The notes under the pieces are model-generated. The model was not told the DNA's origin. It saw only the letters and a program-made list of their open reading frames with translations, and ran no database searches. A stretch of 64,000 nucleotides of DNA from an uncultured delta proteobacterium (GTDB lineage Bacteria; Myxococcota; Kuafuiibacteriia; Kuafuiibacteriales; Kuafuiibacteriaceae): the NCBI GenBank assembly GCA_963803435.1, contig CAWDML010000015.1:1-64000 (forward strand), read 5' to 3'. Shown piece by piece: positions 59,737 to 64,000 of this stretch; the first letter of the stretch is position 1, and each line of letters starts with the position of its first letter. The position numbers and the translations under genes were made by a program.

Positions 59737-62087
59737 CCAAGAGCCCGCTTCACGAACCCCTCCTGCACGAGAGCGGCTATCGCCACGCCTCGGGCGAGGC
59801 CACCTACGTCGACGACATCCCGGCGCCCCGGGGCACGCTGGTGGGCCACCTGGTGGCGTCGCCGATCGCGCGGGGCCGTATCGTGCGCCTCGACGTGGAG
59901 GCTGCGCGGCGGGTCGAAGGCGTCGCGTGCGTGCTCACCGCGGAGGACATCCCGGGCGACAACGACATCGCGCCCTTCACCCACGACGAGCCCCTCCTGG
60001 CCGAGGGCGAGGTGTTCTGCGCCGGCCAGCACGTGGCGCTGGTCGTGGCCGACTCGCTCCGCACCTGTCGCATCGCTGCGGCCGCCGTCGTGCTGGAGCT
60101 GGAGGAGCTCCCCGCGATCCTCGACATCCAGACCGCGATCGCGGAGCGGTCCTTCATCGGTGAGCCGCACGTGATGAAGCGCGGGGACGTGGAGTCGGCG
60201 CTGGAGTCCGCGCACCTGGTGCTGGCCGGAGAGCTCGAGACCGGCGGACAGGATCACTTCTATCTGGAGACCCACTGCGCGCTCTGCGTGCCCGAGGAGA
60301 ACGGCACCTACCGCGTGTTCTCCTCGACGCAGCATCCGACCGAAGTGCAGGCGAAGATCGCCGAGGTTCTCCACCTCGCGCGGAGCCAGGTGATCGTCGA
60401 GACCGCGCGTATGGGCGGCGGCTTCGGCGGCAAGGAGACGCAGGGCGCCCACTTCGGCGCCTTCGCCGCGCTGGGGTCATACTTCACGCGGCGCCCGGTG
60501 AAGGTCTGGTTGAACCGCGATCAGGACATGACGCAGACCGGCAAGCGCCACCCCTGGTACTCGCGCTATCGCGCTGGCTTCGACGCGGACGGGAAGATCG
60601 TCGCCCTCGAGATCGACGGGTGCTCCGACGGGGGCTGGTCCGCGGATCTCTCGCAGGCGATCCGCGATCGATACCTGTTCCACCTCGACAACGCCTACTA
60701 CCTCCCGAACCTCCACTTCGTCGCACGAATCGCGAGGACCAACCGGGTCTCGAACACGGCCTTTCGCGGCTTCGGCGGACCGCAGGGTGTGGTCGTGATC
60801 GAGATGATCCTCAACCGGGCCGCCGAGCGGCTCGGGATCGATCCCGCCGAGGTCCGGCGCGCGAACTACTACGGCGCCGCCCCGCGGGATCGCACGCCGT
60901 ACGATCAGGTGATCGAGGCGCCTCGGCTCCAGCGGATCCACGCAGAGCTGCTGGAGTCGGCGGAGTACGCGCGGCGCCGCGCGGAGGTGGAGGCCTTCAA
61001 CGCCGGCTCACGCTGGCTGAAGCGCGGCATCGCCTACACGCCGGTGAAGTTCGGGATCTCGTTCACGGCCTCGCAGCTCAATCAGGCCGGAGCGTTGGTG
61101 CTGATCTACGCGGACGGCAGCGTCCAGCTCAACCACGGCGGCACCGAGATGGGGCAGGGCCTCTTCACCAAGATGCTGGCCGTCGCGTCCCACGAGCTGG
61201 GCGTGCCCGTCGAACGCATCCGGCTGATGAGCACCGCCACCGACAAGGTGCCGAACACCTCGGCGACCGCCGCCTCGAGCGGGTCCGATCTCAACGGCCA
61301 GGCCGTCAAGCAGGCCTGCGAGATCTTGAAGGACAGGTTGCGCCCGCTGGCCGCCTCGATGATGGGGGTGCCCGCCGAGAACGCCGCTCGGATCGTCTTC
61401 GAGGACGATGCGGCGCGCCTCGGTGATCGAATCGTGGCGTTTCGCGACCTGGTCTTCCGCGCCTGGATGCAGCAGATCTCGCTCTCGAGCACCGGGTACT
61501 ATCGGACCCCCGACATCCACTACGATCCGAAGGTCGGCCGCGGGAAGCCGTTCCACTACTTCGCGTACGGCGGAGCGGTGACAGAGATCGAGATCAACGG
61601 TCTCACCGGCGAGCACCGCCTGAAGCGCGTCGACATCCTCCACGACGTCGGCGATTCGCTGGTCCCGTCGATCGACATCGGGCAGATCGAGGGCGGCTTC
61701 ATCCAGGGCTTCGGGTGGCTCACCTCGGAGGAGGTGGTCTGGGATGGACAGGGGCGGCTCTTGAGCCACTCGCCCGATACTTACAAGGTCCCGGCGATCG
61801 GAGACGCGCCGACCGACCTGCGGGTGAAGCTGCTGGAGGGCGTCCCGCAATCGAACGTCATTCACGGGAGCAAGGCCGTCGGCGAGCCGCCCTTGATGCT
61901 GGCCGTGTCCGCAGTGGCGGCGCTGCGCCAGGCGGTGGGGGCGTTCGCCGCGGACGATCGGGAGGTCGAGCTTTCGATCCCGTGTACGCCCGAAGCCGTG
62001 CTCCGCGCCGTGGAACGCATGCGCAACCCCGATCACGCGGAACGCGTGGATTTGCCACAATTTGCGGCCCGCGAGGATCGGATCTAG
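59733..62087 (+). CDS. xdhB: Xanthine dehydrogenase molybdopterin subunit
   Basis: GQDHFYLE, RMGGGFGGKE, AFRGFGGPQG, GTEMGQGL, SKAVGEPP. Confidence 0.95.
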   Translation: MTKSPLHEPLLHESGYRHASGEATYVDDIPAPRGTLVGHLVASPIARGRIVRLDVEAARRVEGVACVLTAEDIPGDNDIAPFTHDEPLLAEGEVFCAGQHVALVVADSLRTCRIAAAAVVLELEELPAILDIQTAIAERSFIGEPHVMKRGDVESALESAHLVLAGELETGGQDHFYLETHCALCVPEENGTYRVFSSTQHPTEVQAKIAEVLHLARSQVIVETARMGGGFGGKETQGAHFGAFAALGSYFTRRPVKVWLNRDQDMTQTGKRHPWYSRYRAGFDADGKIVALEIDGCSDGGWSADLSQAIRDRYLFHLDNAYYLPNLHFVARIARTNRVSNTAFRGFGGPQGVVVIEMILNRAAERLGIDPAEVRRANYYGAAPRDRTPYDQVIEAPRLQRIHAELLESAEYARRRAEVEAFNAGSRWLKRGIAYTPVKFGISFTASQLNQAGALVLIYADGSVQLNHGGTEMGQGLFTKMLAVASHELGVPVERIRLMSTATDKVPNTSATAASSGSDLNGQAVKQACEILKDRLRPLAASMMGVPAENAARIVFEDDAARLGDRIVAFRDLVFRAWMQQISLSSTGYYRTPDIHYDPKVGRGKPFHYFAYGGAVTEIEINGLTGEHRLKRVDILHDVGDSLVPSIDIGQIEGGFIQGFGWLTSEEVVWDGQGRLLSHSPDTYKVPAIGDAPTDLRVKLLEGVPQSNVIHGSKAVGEPPLMLAVSAVAALRQAVGAFAADDREVELSIPCTPEAVLRAVERMRNPDHAERVDLPQFAAREDRI

Positions 62088-62099
62088 GCTGCCCTCACC

Positions 62100-63671
62100 A
62101 TGGCGGCGGGCCAGCAGCGACTCGGTTCGCTCCTCGTCGAGCTCGGATTCATCGACGACGGACAGCTCGAATCGGCGCTGGACGAACAGGCGCGCTCCGG
62201 GAGCCGCCTGGGCCGGATCCTGGTCGACGCTGCCATCATCACCGAGGACCGGCTGGTGCACGCGCTCTCCCGCCAGCTCGGGATCGAGACCTGCGATCCG
62301 CTCACCACCAACATCCACGAGCGTGTCCTCAAGCTGATCCCGGTGGATCTCGCGTATCGCCATCGCGTGCTCCCGGTGGCGATGAAGAAGGAGGACACGG
62401 GCGAGGTCATCTTCGTCGCCACCTCGGATCCGCTGAACAAGACCGCCCTCTCCGAGATCCGGAGCGCCACCAACAATCGACGTGTCCGCTGGCTGCTGGC
62501 CGGTGAGACCGGGATGGAGATGGCCCTCGCGCGGCACTACGGCACGCCGCCAAAGCGGAGGGTGCAGCCGACACCGCTGCCCGAGGGGACGCCGGTCATC
62601 ACTGGAAAGCCGGTCTCGGCGCCGAAGAGCGGCAGCAGCCGCCCGGCGCCGCGCACGTCGGATCTGTTCATGCTCTCGAGCGACCTGGCCGAGGTCGCCA
62701 AGGAGGCCACCGGCTCGATCGCCATGGACGGGTTCGGGTTCGCGTCGGAGGACCTTCCTCCGATCGAGGTTCCGCCGGAGCTGCTCGCCTCGCCGGACGC
62801 GGCGTTGCAGATCATCGAGGCCGAGATGCCGCGCTCGTCCAACGGCAGCTCCGATCTTCCCGACTTCACCGCGTTCATGACCAGCGAGCAGTCGGAGCCG
62901 TCGCCTTCCCCGCAGCCCGCGGCTCCGCTGGAGGTGGACGACTTCGAGGTCCTCGAGGCCCAACCCGTGGAGGCGGAGGCCGAAGAGGTGGCGCCGCTCG
63001 CGAGCTCTGCGAACGGTCATCGCCCGCTGCCGCCCATGCCGTCGCCGTCGCAGCCGTTCGGCGCCAGCTGGGGTGATCTGGTCGGCAGCGACCTTCTGCT
63101 CCCGTCGGTGTTCCCTTGGCAGCCGGATCCTCCGCCCACCACCGAGACGCCGCGTCCCGAGGACACGCTCGAGGTCGAAGACGACGGCATCGAGGTGGAG
63201 GAGTCGCTCGACCCGATCGAGCCCACCCCGCCGCCCGTTCGCGAAGCCCGCACGATCGAGTCGATCGAGATCGAAGAGCAGGCCGATCCCGACATCATCG
63301 CCGCGCTGGCCGCCCGCGCACGCGAGGTCGCCGACGCCATCGAGGCCCACTCGATGCCGACCGATCCCGGGACGATCGTCGAGAACGAGACGCCCGGCGA
63401 CTCCACCGACGTCAGCACGGTACCCTCGGAGCTCCCGCCCGATCCGGATCAGGAGGACCTCCCCGACGCCTCCGACGCGCTGATCGAGGACGCCACCGAG
63501 ATGGAGGTGACCCGCGCCGCCGTGATGCGCGAGGTGCTCCTCCGCTTCATCGACGACGGCGCGCTGGAGGTGGGACCGCAAGCCATCCTGCGCGTACTGG
63601 CGGCGATCATGGAGAAGGAAGGCCTGCTGTCCGAGGACCGGATCGCGGCTGCGCTCGACGAGAAGGATTGA
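62100..63671 (+). CDS. MshEN (GSPII_N) domain protein with a long acidic/Pro-rich linker and no ATPase
   Basis: Tandem RLGxxLxxxGxI..QL..AL..Q motifs. Confidence 0.82.
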   Translation: MAAGQQRLGSLLVELGFIDDGQLESALDEQARSGSRLGRILVDAAIITEDRLVHALSRQLGIETCDPLTTNIHERVLKLIPVDLAYRHRVLPVAMKKEDTGEVIFVATSDPLNKTALSEIRSATNNRRVRWLLAGETGMEMALARHYGTPPKRRVQPTPLPEGTPVITGKPVSAPKSGSSRPAPRTSDLFMLSSDLAEVAKEATGSIAMDGFGFASEDLPPIEVPPELLASPDAALQIIEAEMPRSSNGSSDLPDFTAFMTSEQSEPSPSPQPAAPLEVDDFEVLEAQPVEAEAEEVAPLASSANGHRPLPPMPSPSQPFGASWGDLVGSDLLLPSVFPWQPDPPPTTETPRPEDTLEVEDDGIEVEESLDPIEPTPPPVREARTIESIEIEEQADPDIIAALAARAREVADAIEAHSMPTDPGTIVENETPGDSTDVSTVPSELPPDPDQEDLPDASDALIEDATEMEVTRAAVMREVLLRFIDDGALEVGPQAILRVLAAIMEKEGLLSEDRIAAALDEKD

Positions 63672-63783
63672 GTCCTGGCCCGCCGATACCGGGGCGCTTG
63701 AGCGGTCCGTGAACCATTCACTTCCTTGGGGCGAGGTGCTTTAGGTCTAACCAGGTAAACCTGAAAGCCCACAGAGACGGCCC

Positions 63784-63813
63784 CAGTCGACAGTCAACGG
63801 TTGAGAGTTCACA
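63784..63813. repeat. Degenerate heptamer tract downstream of a four-helix-bundle gene
   Basis: cagtcga-cagtcaa-cggttga-gagttca-ca. Confidence 0.55.
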
Positions 63814-63823
63814 GGGCGCGGAG

Positions 63824-64000
63824 CTATGCGCTCCGTTCGACCTTACCGCGGAGGCCGTTGAGCATGCGGGCGATCTCGTCGAGTTCCGCGCGAATCGGCT
63901 CCGCTGCCTTCGCGGTGACGAGCCCGAGGTCGCGACTCAGGATCAGCAGGTAGTCGACCTCGGCCGCCGAGCCCTCGGCGATGTTGAGGAAGCGAGCGTA
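63824..64000 (-). CDS. Four-helix-bundle protein, C-terminal 58 aa (5' end outside window)
   Basis: YARFLNIAEGSAAEVDYLLILSRDLGLV...IARMLNGL. Confidence 0.88.
   Translation of the reverse strand, partial: YARFLNIAEGSAAEVDYLLILSRDLGLVTAKAAEPIRAELDEIARMLNGLRGKVERSA

Noticed and set aside
58285-62087. Selenium-dependent xanthine dehydrogenase linked to selD
   Set aside because: An ordinary XdhAB type, 35 kb from selD, with no yqeB/yqeC-like genes seen.
30376-63581. Long alternative-frame or antisense ORFs (e.g. 34178-36118, 39501-41681, 51709-54282, 54291-56660, 61008-63581)
   Set aside because: Shadow ORFs expected at this GC content; they overlap genes with clear motifs.
63449-63772. 107-aa minus-strand ORF MGFQVYLVRP...
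   Set aside because: Two thirds overlap the MshEN gene antisense; no RBS or recognisable motif.

Overview
A high-GC window with Myxococcota-like gene content (PilZ/TIGR02266-type protein, MshEN protein, Ser/Thr kinase, Ig-like-repeat lipoproteins). Core genes: secF 3' end, recJ, queE, dnaJ, exbB/exbD-like, ino1, pdxH, selA, selD (in-frame UGA, selenoprotein), fabH-like, dnaE, xdhAB. Bases 1-8.5 kb and 48-58 kb carry many indels, most likely sequencing or assembly errors. Notable items: (i) two complementary-deleted copies of an IS1182-transposase plus four-helix-bundle element; copy 1 has ~70-bp CTAG-ended inverted repeats and an IS630 docked on its left end; (ii) a ~72-bp repeat inserted in-frame inside both recJ and selA; (iii) a 122-nt rod-like hairpin with minus-strand G-U pairs between dnaE and a histidine kinase; (iv) a ~10-kb minus-strand cluster with an M28 peptidase fusion, a large helical protein ending in a PcfJ/GNAT-like domain, a divergent GluRS paralogue, an SycD-like protein and an amidoligase-fold enzyme; (v) a ggpS-pfkB-GH4-PIG-L-SIS sugar operon; (vi) an OsmC-like/PhnD-like/MetE-like/ACAD operon beside selAD; (vii) a TPR-Lon protease near an Hsp20 locus. 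All calls come from reading motifs by eye; no searches were run.
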